Assembly: GCA_964596525.1 (NCBI GenBank)
Contig: CAZQUL010000001.1
Location: 460,830 to 524,829, forward strand
From: an uncultured Gammaproteobacteria bacterium
GTDB taxonomy: Bacteria > Patescibacteriota > Patescibacteriia > Magasanikbacterales > GWA2-37-8
Direction: 5' to 3'
DNA: 64,000 bases
The notes under the pieces are model-generated. The model was not told the DNA's origin, did not search any database, and was given only the letters and a program-made list of their open reading frames with translations. The position numbers and the translations under genes were made by a program. This document shows, piece after piece, positions 53,896 to 63,570 of the stretch. Position 1 is the first letter of the stretch. Each line of letters starts with the position of its first letter.

Positions 53896-55086
53896 ATGTC
53901 CACCTGGTTTGTTCTAGGCCGAGAACCGCTTCTTTCATACGCCGAACTCGCGGCGGTTTTCGGTTTTGCGGACGGGGTAGGGGAGTATGCGCCGCCATTG
54001 TATCTGACGGATGAAACGTATGATGATGCGTTCATGAACGAATTGGGCGGTGTCATTAAAATGGGGCGCGAAGTGGCGCGCGCCGTGACCACCGAACAGC
54101 TTGAACCATTTTTGCGAAGTTACTTGGCTGCGAAAGAGGGAAGGGCGCTCTTTGGGTTGAGCGTGTATGTTCATCCAAACGCTCCGTCTGCAGCACGCTC
54201 TCGGATTGCTCTCCCGTGGGTGGTCACGCTCGGCAAGCGCCTCAAGCAAGCGTTGCGCGACGAAGGTGTGTCGGCACGCTATGTGCTTAACGAGAGTATC
54301 GCGTTGTCGTCCGCGAGTGTTGCGAATAACAAATTAGTCGGTAAAGGTGTGGAGTTTCTACTTTTCCTCGATCGCGACGGCACCTGGCGGGTAGGCATTA
54401 CCTCTGCAGTGCAGCCGTTTGCGGCGTGGAGTGATCGCGATTACGGTCGTCCAGGGCGCGATGATTTGAGCGGCATGCTGCCTCCCAAACTCGCACTTAT
54501 GATGATCAATCTGGCCGGTTCGGCCAAAGACGAGGTTTTACTGGATCCGTTTTGCGGATCCGGCACCATCATTACCGAAGCGTTACGCGTCGGCTACACG
54601 CGGCTCATTGGCAGCGATGTGAGTGTTAAAGCCGTCGAAGATGCCGCGCGTAATGTGGAATGGTTCCTCAAAAAACATGCGGATATTTCCGTTCGTCCTG
54701 AGCTCGCGGTCCGTGATGTGCGTAGCCTCAGCGAACATATCGCCCCGGGCTCCATTGGTGCGGTGGTTACCGAACCGTTTTTGGGTAAGCCCAAACGCGG
54801 CCGCGAAGCGCGCGTAGAGCTTGAAGCTGAAATGAAGATGCTTTCCGTGTTGTACGCCGAAGCGCTGGCGGTTATGTATAAACTGCTCAAACCGAGCGGC
54901 CGGCTTGTTATGATCGTGCCGCGGTTCGAAGCTCCTGGCGGAGCAGTGCGCATGACCTCGTTTATGGAAAATGCAAAGCGGATCGGGTTCAAACTTGATC
55001 CGGTGGTTCAAAACGCTGAGCGTCTCGTCTACGCCCGCTCCGAACAGCGCGTCGCCCGGGAAATTTGGCGTCTAAGAAAGGTTTAG
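53896..55086 (+). CDS. THUMP-domain RNA (guanine-N2-type) methyltransferase, UPF0020 family
   Basis: Motif I LLDPFCGSGT and NPPY-like VVTEPFLG. N-terminal THUMP-like region. Confidence 0.72.
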   Translation: MSTWFVLGREPLLSYAELAAVFGFADGVGEYAPPLYLTDETYDDAFMNELGGVIKMGREVARAVTTEQLEPFLRSYLAAKEGRALFGLSVYVHPNAPSAARSRIALPWVVTLGKRLKQALRDEGVSARYVLNESIALSSASVANNKLVGKGVEFLLFLDRDGTWRVGITSAVQPFAAWSDRDYGRPGRDDLSGMLPPKLALMMINLAGSAKDEVLLDPFCGSGTIITEALRVGYTRLIGSDVSVKAVEDAARNVEWFLKKHADISVRPELAVRDVRSLSEHIAPGSIGAVVTEPFLGKPKRGREARVELEAEMKMLSVLYAEALAVMYKLLKPSGRLVMIVPRFEAPGGAVRMTSFMENAKRIGFKLDPVVQNAERLVYARSEQRVAREIWRLRKV

Positions 55087-55108
55087 CGAGCTGCTAAGGG
55101 CTTCTGCC

Positions 55109-55137
55109 TTGACAAATGCATTTGGTTCTGGTATTTT
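55109..55137 (+). promoter_or_regulatory. Candidate rpsA promoter cTTGACAaat-17-TGgTATTTT
   Basis: Family architecture. A second TATAAT at 55148-55153 is an alternative -10 box. Confidence 0.45.
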
Positions 55138-55225
55138 CCAATCATCGTATAATTCTTTAATTAATGCCCATTCGGGCGCTTGGCGCATCTTTAAATGCGC
55201 AGGTTAAGACAGGATTTTTTTTATT

Positions 55226-56365
55226 ATGACCGATAAAAAGCAGGATTTTAAGGCGCTTTTGGCCGAACATTTCATCAACATCCCTAAAGTAGGTGATGTG
55301 GTGAAAGGCACGGTTCTCTCCGTTTCGCGCAACGAAGTGCATCTCGACATTGCCGGCATGACGACCGGTATCGTCCGTGGTCGCGAACTTTTCATTGAAT
55401 CGCGCGAATACGCCAACATTAAAGTCGGCGACACGGTAGAAGCGACCGTTCTCGAACTCGAAAACGAGAACAATGAAATGGAGCTCTCGTTCCGCATGGC
55501 TGGCTTCCAGAAGGCCTGGGACAACATGAAGAAATGGATGAAGGATGGCCTTACGCTTAAAGGTAAAGTGCTCGCTGCCAACAAAGGCGGTCTTATGATG
55601 CAGGTAGAAGCACTCGAAGCCTTCATGCCTGTTTCTCAGCTCAATCCTGACCACTATCCGCGCGTTGCGGGCGGTGACAAGAACCGCATTCTCGAAAAAC
55701 TCCGCGAACTCGCCAACCAGGAACTCGAAGTGAAAGTCATTGATGTCGACGAAAAAGAAGAGAAACTTATCGTTTCGGAGCGTGCTGTGTGGGAAGATGC
55801 CCAGAAGGCCGTGCTCGAATCGTATAAAGTCGGTGACGTGGTGAATGGCGAAATCAGCGCCCTCACCTCGTTTGGTGCTTTCATGAAGTTTGGTGAAGGT
55901 CTCGAAGGTCTTATCCATATCTCCGAGATCGCCTGGCAGCGCATCGATCATCCCAAAGACGTGCTCAAAATCGGTGATAAGGTGAAAGCTCAGATCATCC
56001 AGCTCGACCATTCCAAGATTTACCTCTCCATCAAACGCCTCATCGACGATCCGTGGAAAACGGTCCGCGACCGTTACCAAGAAGGTGCTAAAGTGAACGG
56101 CAAGATTATCAAGATCGAACCGTTCGGCCTCATGGTGAGCCTTGACCGTGACATCCATGGTTTGGCCCACATCTCGGAACTTTCCGATGAGCCGATCACC
56201 AACATGAACGAGAAGTTCAAGATCGGTCAGGAAATGGAATTCGAAATCATGTCGATTGAACCGAACGAACATCGCCTTGGCCTCAAAGTCGCTGGTGTGA
56301 AAGGCAAGAGCGGTCGCCGTCCGCGCCGTGATGCCAAAGAAGAAGCTCCGGCTCAGACCGCCTAA
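55226..56365 (+). CDS. rpsA: 30S ribosomal protein S1 (short four-S1-domain form)
   Basis: Repeated S1 domains (VGDVVKGTV..., VGDTVEATV..., VGDVVNGEI..., GAKVNGKII...). 379 aa. Confidence 0.88.
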   Translation: MTDKKQDFKALLAEHFINIPKVGDVVKGTVLSVSRNEVHLDIAGMTTGIVRGRELFIESREYANIKVGDTVEATVLELENENNEMELSFRMAGFQKAWDNMKKWMKDGLTLKGKVLAANKGGLMMQVEALEAFMPVSQLNPDHYPRVAGGDKNRILEKLRELANQELEVKVIDVDEKEEKLIVSERAVWEDAQKAVLESYKVGDVVNGEISALTSFGAFMKFGEGLEGLIHISEIAWQRIDHPKDVLKIGDKVKAQIIQLDHSKIYLSIKRLIDDPWKTVRDRYQEGAKVNGKIIKIEPFGLMVSLDRDIHGLAHISELSDEPITNMNEKFKIGQEMEFEIMSIEPNEHRLGLKVAGVKGKSGRRPRRDAKEEAPAQTA

Positions 56366-56538
56366 TACAACTTGAATCTTATCCACACGAAAGCCTTTAC
56401 AACGGTTTTTCGGAGGGTAAAATTATCTCAAAGCCATCTCGTTCCCAGCGGGGTGGCTTTGCATTTCGGCTCGGGGCAGGTACCTCCTGCCTGCCCTGGG
56501 TTCGACTGCTTTACTTGCATAACCAAGGAGGTGCTTCC

Positions 56539-56613
56539 ATGCCGCGTTTCGTCAACGCCTTGTGGTACACTGTGTACTACAGTGTATCGAGCCTACGCTC
56601 GTCATCGTTTTAA
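56539..56613 (+). CDS. Candidate 24-codon upstream ORF MPRFVNALWYTVYYSVSSLRSSSF (leader peptide?)
   Basis: AAGGAGG lies 7 nt upstream. Contains the 8-bp palindrome tacactgt/acagtgta. Ends 14 nt before a second AAGGAG SD and the lipoprotein ATG. Confidence 0.35.
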   Translation: MPRFVNALWYTVYYSVSSLRSSSF

Positions 56614-56627
56614 CCAAGGAGATCCCT

Positions 56628-57266
56628 ATGACCATCACGCGTCTTTTCGCCTCGTTGTTTACCGTGTGTGCTTTTGGCGCCCTGGTTCTTGGTGCTGGCT
56701 GTTCCAAAACGCCGACGCCGGGAACCAAGAAACCGATTCCGACCTACACCCAAAAAAGGGTGATTGATCGGGTGGATTGGCCAGCGTCGTCGACCATTAA
56801 TCATGCGGCGCTCGCGGCCATGAAGCCGGAGGAGCGGGCTAAGGTGGCGTTGTCCGGGGTACCGGTTTTGGTGCCGGGGGATGTGAAGCTTCTGGCTGGT
56901 GGTGTCATGATCGAGCCGAATGAGTCCGGGTATGATTTTGGTTCTATCGGCACCGTTGATGGGCTGGATTTTACGATCGGCGCGACGAGGGTAAGCACCC
57001 AGTCCGACGCTCCGGTGCCAGCATACGCACGTGATCCTCAGCGACCTGACAATCGTGCGGTGGTTGGTAACCGCAAGCTGAGTATTGGCCGAATCACCGG
57101 AGATGGTAACGAAGGACCCTGGTCTGCCAGTTGGACCGAAAGCGGTGAAGCGGGGTACACCCTTCTTCTTGAATGCGTTGATGTGAGCGATGCTCGTTGC
57201 AAGGACGATAGTTATCTTAAATCCTTTGTAGCAAGTCTCGTTTATGTTGGCGGAAGCGGTAAGTAG
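56628..57266 (+). CDS. Putative lipoprotein (213 aa)
   Basis: Start at MTITRLF. Signal peptide with LVLGAGCS lipobox-like cysteine. Confidence 0.65.
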   Translation: MTITRLFASLFTVCAFGALVLGAGCSKTPTPGTKKPIPTYTQKRVIDRVDWPASSTINHAALAAMKPEERAKVALSGVPVLVPGDVKLLAGGVMIEPNESGYDFGSIGTVDGLDFTIGATRVSTQSDAPVPAYARDPQRPDNRAVVGNRKLSIGRITGDGNEGPWSASWTESGEAGYTLLLECVDVSDARCKDDSYLKSFVASLVYVGGSGK

Positions 57267-57292
57267 TCTCAAAGAAAAAACAGGAGGTTGTC

Positions 57293-59170
57293 ATGCGTCA
57301 TAAGCTTGCCCTGCTTGCGTTGGTAGGTGCCCTGGTTACGGACTTGGGTGTGGTAAAAGCTCAAACTGAGCCCTTTACCTATTTCCCACCCGGCCATCTC
57401 ATAAAAGAGTCTGGGGCATTCGATCTTAGTACTGGGGTGGAAGATTACGAAGTTCATGCCCCCGACATGCTCTTCCCTCTCAAGGTTACTGCCTTTGCCA
57501 ACTCGCAATTGTTCAGCCCGGGAGGAAGTGAGTATAAGGGGGGTGATGCCACTAAGGGATGGTGGGCCAACCCTCGCAATTTCCGTTATCCCTGGCGTGA
57601 TAACTTTTGCGAATGGCGCGATGATAAGAATCACTGGGTCGAACCTTGTCCTACTCAGTGGGCCCATCAAGGTCAGGATATTCGTGCTCTAACAAAAGAC
57701 AATAAGTTATACGCTGTCGTCGCGGCAGAAGATGCTGTCGTGTGGTGGGCAAGTTCAAAATCGGGTGGAATTGTTTTGCAAACACTCGATCGGGAACGGT
57801 TGTATATGTACCTCCATATGTCGACGACTAAGGTGGTCGACGACAAAGTCGCACAGACTGTCTCTTTGCAGAAGAAGCAGCGGGTGGTTAAAGGTCAGGT
57901 GATCGGTTTCGTTTCCCAAGTCGCCTCTGAGCCTACTAGCGTCCACCTCCATTTTGAGCTCCACAAAAGAAAACGTGGTGCTGATGGCAAGCTTGTGGAT
58001 GCCTGGAGTGCTTACACGCGTGTTTCCCCCTACCTCTCCCTCATCCGCGCCTACGAACGTTTCTTCGGGTCCGAAGGAACGATGCTCGACGCACCCGCCG
58101 TCTGTACGCCCAGTACGTCCCGCTGTGCGCCGCGTGATGAAACCTTCGAAAAAAATACCTACAAGCACTCTGCCCTCATCACCTGCTCCGCCGACGGTAC
58201 CTCCGAAACCCTGTCCTGGTGCCCGGGTGCGACGTGCGGTTCGGCGCAGAGCTGTGGTCCGTCCACCGCTCCGTCTCCGCCACCGCGCGACATGAGTATG
58301 GGTGTGCCCGACATGAGCGCTCCAGAACCTGACCATCCCCGCTACTGCTTCGGCTTTCCACCGCCGCGGATAACGTGGAAGCCCAAGACCTCGTTCGGCC
58401 ATCGTGATGGCTACACCAAGATGCTTGCATACCAAGGTGCAGTGCATGCTGTCGGTACAGACACGACCATGCACGGTCATCGGGTTTACGATCCGGTGCG
58501 TGACGTATGGGACAAAGCGACGTTCATTCCGTACTCCAATCCGGCGTACGCCATCGTTGTTGCCGATGACACGCTGTATATCCCAGCGGCCGTACTGCAG
58601 CCGGTGATGCAGCGCTATTACCCGCTCTCCGATACCTGGGGAACGTTCGGTATGCCCGGGTTCAGCAGTATGCTGCCGCAGTTTCCGGTGGTTGCTGATG
58701 GAACCGCAATCTATCTCCTTAACGGATACGATATGGCGGCGTATAACCTGGCCACCAACACCTGGAAAAACCTAACCGTCATCGACCAGGGACTGGTGGA
58801 TAGCGCTGCCGTGTATAAGGGACAGCTGTTCGTGTTCGGGAGCGAACGGACCTACTATCAAGGTATGGTCCACCGGTTTGATCTTGTGTCTGGCTCCTGG
58901 ATTCAGCTTGCCGGTGTACCGGATAAAATCTGGACTTCGGCCGCGGTACACATAGGGGATACGGTCTGGCGTTTTGGCGGTCTTAAGCCGCGTGGTACCA
59001 TGACCGAACCGGTAAACAGCATCGCGCTTTTCCATCTGCCGACCGGGCAGTGGTGCACCGGTACCGCGTTTCTGCCGGACTGGATGGCTAAGCCTCTTGT
59101 AGCCTTTGCCCGTGGCCGGCTCTACGTGGTGGATGATGACGGCGATTTTTGGGAAGGTACCCCCAACTGA
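57293..59170 (+). CDS. Secreted M23/LytM-family metallopeptidase fused to a C-terminal Kelch-like beta-propeller
   Basis: AGGAGG SD. Signal peptide. HQGQDIRA (HxGxD) and VHLHFELH (HxH) M23 motifs. C-terminal repeats with W and GG spacing typical of Kelch blades. Confidence 0.72.
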   Translation: MRHKLALLALVGALVTDLGVVKAQTEPFTYFPPGHLIKESGAFDLSTGVEDYEVHAPDMLFPLKVTAFANSQLFSPGGSEYKGGDATKGWWANPRNFRYPWRDNFCEWRDDKNHWVEPCPTQWAHQGQDIRALTKDNKLYAVVAAEDAVVWWASSKSGGIVLQTLDRERLYMYLHMSTTKVVDDKVAQTVSLQKKQRVVKGQVIGFVSQVASEPTSVHLHFELHKRKRGADGKLVDAWSAYTRVSPYLSLIRAYERFFGSEGTMLDAPAVCTPSTSRCAPRDETFEKNTYKHSALITCSADGTSETLSWCPGATCGSAQSCGPSTAPSPPPRDMSMGVPDMSAPEPDHPRYCFGFPPPRITWKPKTSFGHRDGYTKMLAYQGAVHAVGTDTTMHGHRVYDPVRDVWDKATFIPYSNPAYAIVVADDTLYIPAAVLQPVMQRYYPLSDTWGTFGMPGFSSMLPQFPVVADGTAIYLLNGYDMAAYNLATNTWKNLTVIDQGLVDSAAVYKGQLFVFGSERTYYQGMVHRFDLVSGSWIQLAGVPDKIWTSAAVHIGDTVWRFGGLKPRGTMTEPVNSIALFHLPTGQWCTGTAFLPDWMAKPLVAFARGRLYVVDDDGDFWEGTPN

Positions 59171-59301
59171 TTTTTCGTAAAAAACCGTGTTTTTAAGCTA
59201 GGCTTACCGAGCCTTGCTTTTTTTAAACAGGGCCTATAGTATACGGAAACGTATTTTGGTTCGGCTCGTAGTGGGCCTTTTGGAGTATTTAGTTTATTTG
59301 T

Positions 59302-61146
59302 ATGCGTGATTTTATCAAGAATTTTGCCATTATTTTCGTTGCGCTTGTTGCAGTTGCTTTTGGCCTTAGCATGCTGAATAGCTACCGCACGACCAAGAAA
59401 CCTGAGTCCGTCGGTATTGCCCGGGTGGTGGAAGAGATCAACGCCGGAGCTGTAGAAAAGATCACTGTCCAAGGCGATGCTATTACTGTTCTTCTCAAAG
59501 ACGATAATGCCCGCGAACAGGTGGCCAAAAAAGAGTACGGCGAATCGTTCGGTGACGTGATGAAAAATTACGGCGTCTCCGAAACTGCCCTTGCGGAACT
59601 GCGCAAGAACAACGCTATCGAAATCAAAGACGAAAGCAGCTGGAAATTTTGGGTTGCTAATCTGGTGCCGGCACTCATTCCACTCATCGCTATCATGGTG
59701 TTCATCTACCTCATGAGCCGGAGCGCCCAGGGCGTTAACAACCGCGCGCTTGGTTTTGGTCAGAGTAATCCGCGCCAGATGGACCCCGAAAGTAAAGACA
59801 AGAAAACCTTCGCCGACGTGGCCGGTGCCAAAGAGGCAAAAGAAGAATTGGTTGAAATCGTCGACTTCCTCAAGAATCCCAAACGCTTCGCCGATATGGG
59901 CGCGAAGATCCCCAAAGGCGTTCTTCTCACCGGTTCGCCGGGTACGGGTAAAACGCTTTTGGCCAAAGCTGTTGCCGGTGAAGCTGATGTGCCGTTCTTC
60001 CACATGAGCGGTTCGGAATTCGTTGAGATGTTTGTTGGTGTGGGTGCTTCACGCGTGCGTGATTTGTTCAACAAAGCTAAGAAAGCTGCTCCAGCCATTG
60101 TCTTCATCGATGAAATTGATGCGGTGGGTCGCCGCCGCGGCGCGGGTTTGGGCGGTGGACACGATGAACGCGAACAGACGCTCAACCAGATCCTTGTTGA
60201 AATGGATGGGTTTGAACCCAATTCGGGCGTCATCATCATGGCGGCCACCAACCGTCCGGATGTGCTCGACCCGGCACTACTTCGCCCCGGCCGCTTCGAT
60301 CGTCGTGTCACGATCGATATGCCCGACATTAAAGACCGCGAAGAAATCCTCAATGTCCATGCCAAAGGCAAACCGCTCGCCGCTTCGGTGTCGCTGCGCA
60401 AAATCGCCGAGCGTACCCCGGGTTTTTCGGGTGCGGATCTCTCAAACCTCCTCAATGAAGCGGCCATCCTCGCGGTGCGCAAAAACATGAAAGAAGTCAC
60501 TGAAAACGAAATTTTGCCGAGTATCGAAAAAGTACTCCTTGGACCAGAGCGCAAGAGCCGCGTTATTTCCGATCATGATAAAAAAGTCACGGCCTACCAC
60601 GAAGCTGGCCATGCCATCGTCGGGTATCTCCTCAAGCATTCCGATCCGGTGCGCAAGGTGTCTATCATCTCGCGCGGGTCGGCTGGCGGTTACACGCTCA
60701 AGATGCCAAACGAAGACAAGCATTATGTTACCCTTGCCGCCTTCCGCGATGACTTGGCCATGGCCATGGGTGGTTACGTAGCCGAGAAAATGATCTTCGG
60801 CGAGGATATGATTTCTACCGGCCCCTCAAGCGATCTGCGCAACGCCACCAAGCTCGCCCGCAACATGGTGACGCAGTACGGCATGAGCACCAAACTCGGT
60901 GCCCGTACCTTCGGACAGCATGACGAGATGATTTTCCTCGGCCGTGAAATCCACGAAGAGCGCGACTACTCCGACAAGACCGCTGAAGAAATCGATGCCG
61001 AAATCAAAGCCCTTCTCACCGAGGCACAAGACCGTGCTCGTGAAGTGCTCACCACCAACCGCGAAAAAATGGAACGCATGGTCGCTGTTCTCATCGAAAA
61101 AGAAACTATCGAAGAAGCAGACATTAAAGCGATCATGGCCGCGTAA
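59302..61146 (+). CDS. ftsH: ATP-dependent zinc metalloprotease FtsH
   Basis: N-terminal TM helices. AAA Walker [12 protein letters not shown]. Zn site HEAGHAIV. Confidence 0.96.
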   Translation: MRDFIKNFAIIFVALVAVAFGLSMLNSYRTTKKPESVGIARVVEEINAGAVEKITVQGDAITVLLKDDNAREQVAKKEYGESFGDVMKNYGVSETALAELRKNNAIEIKDESSWKFWVANLVPALIPLIAIMVFIYLMSRSAQGVNNRALGFGQSNPRQMDPESKDKKTFADVAGAKEAKEELVEIVDFLKNPKRFADMGAKIPKGVLLTGSPGTGKTLLAKAVAGEADVPFFHMSGSEFVEMFVGVGASRVRDLFNKAKKAAPAIVFIDEIDAVGRRRGAGLGGGHDEREQTLNQILVEMDGFEPNSGVIIMAATNRPDVLDPALLRPGRFDRRVTIDMPDIKDREEILNVHAKGKPLAASVSLRKIAERTPGFSGADLSNLLNEAAILAVRKNMKEVTENEILPSIEKVLLGPERKSRVISDHDKKVTAYHEAGHAIVGYLLKHSDPVRKVSIISRGSAGGYTLKMPNEDKHYVTLAAFRDDLAMAMGGYVAEKMIFGEDMISTGPSSDLRNATKLARNMVTQYGMSTKLGARTFGQHDEMIFLGREIHEERDYSDKTAEEIDAEIKALLTEAQDRAREVLTTNREKMERMVAVLIEKETIEEADIKAIMAA

Positions 61147-61174
61147 AAAAATAGAAGAAAGAGTCTGTTACGTA

Positions 61175-61350
61175 CCGTCATTGCGAGCGCAGCGAAGCAA
61201 TCCCTCAGTGCTTCGGAGCTCGCTCTGATATCAAGGAGATTGCCCGCCCGGCACGCCGTGCTGCCATGGCGGACGGGCTTCGTCGGTTGCCTCCTCGCAA
61301 TGACGAGTTCTCGGGACGACCTCGTCCCGGCCGAGGCGCAATGACAACAA
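61175..61350 (+). repeat. Nested-palindromic element, copy 4, a compound copy with a 34-bp palindromic insertion and a duplicated 3' arm
   Basis: ccGTCATTGCGAGcgcagcGAAGCAATCCCtc...ctctgatatcaaGGaGATTGC[ccgcccggcacgccgtgctgccatggcggacggg]CTTCGtcg...CCTCCTCGCAATGACgag ... cgggacgacctcgtcccg ... cGCAATGACaac. Confidence 0.8.
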
Positions 61351-61376
61351 TCTCTCAATAAGAAGCTCATAATTAT

Positions 61377-61414
61377 AAAAGCCCGCAGGACACATGGTGT
61401 CGGCGGGCTTTTTG
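61377..61414. terminator. Bidirectional intrinsic terminator (aaaa-gcccgc...gcgggc-ttttt)
   Basis: Serves ftsH (plus) and the convergent secreted-protein gene (minus). Confidence 0.7.
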
Positions 61415-61439
61415 GTTGGTCCTTTCTGCCGCGTGGCGG

Positions 61440-61982
61440 CTAGAGGGGGAAGTCGCTCGCGATCGATGCGTCGTCGGCGACCTTCACGGGTGCGGGCTGG
61501 CTGCGCATCTCGACGGGCGCTTGCCGGCGCAGAGTCACGGTGAACTCGATCGCACCGAGCGTCGACTTGAGCTTGATCGCGCGGTCGAGCACGCCCGGCC
61601 CTGGAGTCAGGTTCTTCACCGGGTCGTCGATGTCCTGGTAGGACAGGACCGCTTCCACGACCGGGCCTTTGCCCCGGTTGCAGAACACCGTGAGCTGTCC
61701 AATGGTATCGTCCACCTGGATTAAGTTGCCGTAGCAGGCGGAGCGCAGGGTGACCTGCCAGCCGTCGCTCGAGACCGAGGCGATGCTGAGCGTTCCCCAG
61801 CCCGAGGGCTCGAAGGAGCTCCGCTCGTTCTGGAAGATCCGCTTGAACCAGGCCGGCTGCTCCTCCACCTTCGGGGCTTCATGGTGCGAGGAGCGGTGGT
61901 GCTTGCGGGCCTCGGCGGAGGGCGGGGTGGACAGGGTGAAGGCGGTGGCGAGAGCGGCGGTGAAAAGAGCGATCTTGCGCAT
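61440..61982 (-). CDS. Secreted hypothetical protein (181 aa from the ATG at 61982)
   Basis: GGAGG SD. Signal peptide MRKIALFTAALATAFTLSTPPSAEA. The track's 62057 start is upstream of the SD. Confidence 0.6.
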   Translation of the reverse strand: MRKIALFTAALATAFTLSTPPSAEARKHHRSSHHEAPKVEEQPAWFKRIFQNERSSFEPSGWGTLSIASVSSDGWQVTLRSACYGNLIQVDDTIGQLTVFCNRGKGPVVEAVLSYQDIDDPVKNLTPGPGVLDRAIKLKSTLGAIEFTVTLRRQAPVEMRSQPAPVKVADDASIASDFPL

Positions 61983-62047
61983 GGTTCCTCCGTTGTGGTC
62001 CAGTACACTCCAGGTCGAATTTTCGGGTCCTGGATTCTCAACGTCAT

Positions 62048-62076
62048 AGTTTACCATAAAAAGGTGGTTTTGTCAA
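62048..62076 (-). promoter_or_regulatory. Promoter cTTGACAaaa-17-TGgTAAACT (minus strand)
   Basis: Shares an identical 15-mer with the promoter at 30508..30536. Confidence 0.6.
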
Positions 62077-62170
62077 GATATGGTAGGAATAGGATATAAG
62101 TATGTAAAAAACGCTTTGTTGAGAGCAAATAAACGCTTTGCCTCTTGGTATAATTTACTTTTGATTAGTC

Positions 62171-62199
62171 TTGACATTCGCCACCACAATACATATAAT
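62171..62199 (+). promoter_or_regulatory. Consensus sigma70 promoter TTGACA-17-TATAAT upstream of nusA
   Basis: Both hexamers match the consensus perfectly with a 17-nt spacer. Confidence 0.75.
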
Positions 62200-62205
62200 T
62201 CTTCT

Positions 62206-62237
62206 CGAAGAGAGTGCTCCTAAGCGCTCTCTCTTCG
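62206..62237 (+). promoter_or_regulatory. 9-bp inverted repeat cgaagagag-N14-ctctcttcg between the two nusA promoters (candidate operator or leader hairpin)
   Basis: Perfect arms. The inner agtgct/agcgct pair is also symmetric. Confidence 0.4.
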
Positions 62238-62244
62238 TTAAACG

Positions 62245-62253
62245 TGCTATAAT
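62245..62253 (+). promoter_or_regulatory. Extended -10 element TGcTATAAT 28 nt upstream of the nusA ATG
   Basis: TGn plus a perfect TATAAT. Confidence 0.5.
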
Positions 62254-62280
62254 TACCTACTACTCATTTTTAAATCTCGT

Positions 62281-63519
62281 ATGGCCTCAGAAATTACCAA
62301 AGCCATTCAAATGCTCTGTGACGAAAAGAAACTTTCGTTCGAAGCCGTGATGGAAACCATCGAAGCCGCGCTCGCGGCCGCGTACCGCAAGGATTTCGGT
62401 AACAAGCAGCAGAATATCAAAGTGAAGTTCGATCCGGAAACCGGCGACATGCAGGCCTGGGACGTTAAAACCGTCGTTGAAGATATTGACGAAGAAACCC
62501 TCACTAAGGCACAAGAAGAAATGACGGCGCTGCGCGAAAAAGCCCGTCTCGAAAACCGCGAACTCACCGAAGAAGAAGTGGCTCATTTGCCGCGCTTCAA
62601 CCCCAAAAATGACATCATGGTGAAAGATGCCAAAGAACTTCCGGCTGCGGGCAAGAAAGTCAAAGTCGGCGACGTGCTCGAAATCCCGCTCGAAATCCCG
62701 CATGCGTTTGGCCGCATGGCTGCACAGACCGCTAAACAGGTCGTTATCCAAAAAGTCCGCGAGGCGGAACGCACCTCGGTATTCGGCGAATTCAAGAATC
62801 TCGAACACACCATCATCCAAGGCACGGTGCAGCGCATCGAAGCGCGCAAGATTTTGGTTGACCTTGGCAAGCTCACCGGCGTCTTGCCGCTCGAGCAGCA
62901 GATGCGCGGTGAGCGGTTCCGTCCGGGTGGCCGCATCAAAGCGTATGTCGTATCGGTTGACATGACCATTCGCGGTCCGGAAGTACTCCTCTCGCGTGCG
63001 CATCCCGACATGGTGAAAGAAGTGTTCAAGCAAGAAATCCCCGAAGTGGCCGATGGCGCCATCGTCATCAAGGGCGTTGCCCGCGAGCCGGGATACCGCG
63101 CCAAAGTGGCGGTCGCAGCCGTCGACGAATCGCTCGATCCGATCGGTTCGTGTATTGGCCAGCGGGGGAGCCGTATCAGCACCATCATCGAAGAGCTGGG
63201 TGGCGAGAAAGTTGATCTCATTGAATTCCGCGAAGACCCGGCTGAATACATCGCCCGTGCACTGGCTCCGGCCAAAGTGGCTAAAGTTACGCTTCATAAT
63301 GTTGAGCATGTGGCGGTTGCCGAAGTGGTTCCTGACCAGTTTTCGCTCGCGATCGGCAGAAGCGGCCAGAACGTACGTCTCGCTTCGGATTTGACCGGTT
63401 GGCGCATCACTGTAAAAGAACAAGGTGGTGCACAAGAAGCCACGAGCGAGGGTGTAGTGAAGGGTGAAGGTTCTGAAACCGAAGAGGTCAAAGAAGAAGC
63501 GAAGGAAGAAAAAGAATAG
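62281..63519 (+). CDS. nusA: Transcription termination/antitermination factor NusA
   Basis: N-terminal domain, S1, two KH domains (GxxG: IGQRGSRI and IGRSGQNV), and an acidic C-terminal tail. Confidence 0.95.
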   Translation: MASEITKAIQMLCDEKKLSFEAVMETIEAALAAAYRKDFGNKQQNIKVKFDPETGDMQAWDVKTVVEDIDEETLTKAQEEMTALREKARLENRELTEEEVAHLPRFNPKNDIMVKDAKELPAAGKKVKVGDVLEIPLEIPHAFGRMAAQTAKQVVIQKVREAERTSVFGEFKNLEHTIIQGTVQRIEARKILVDLGKLTGVLPLEQQMRGERFRPGGRIKAYVVSVDMTIRGPEVLLSRAHPDMVKEVFKQEIPEVADGAIVIKGVAREPGYRAKVAVAAVDESLDPIGSCIGQRGSRISTIIEELGGEKVDLIEFREDPAEYIARALAPAKVAKVTLHNVEHVAVAEVVPDQFSLAIGRSGQNVRLASDLTGWRITVKEQGGAQEATSEGVVKGEGSETEEVKEEAKEEKE

Positions 63520-63570
63520 CAAGCGTTTCGTTGAGCGCTAGGTATTTAATGTCTCGCTTTTGATTTACGT

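Noticed and set aside
62287-63522. 411-aa minus-strand ORF opposite nusA
   Set aside because: Shadow ORF. nusA has clear S1/KH motifs and promoters.
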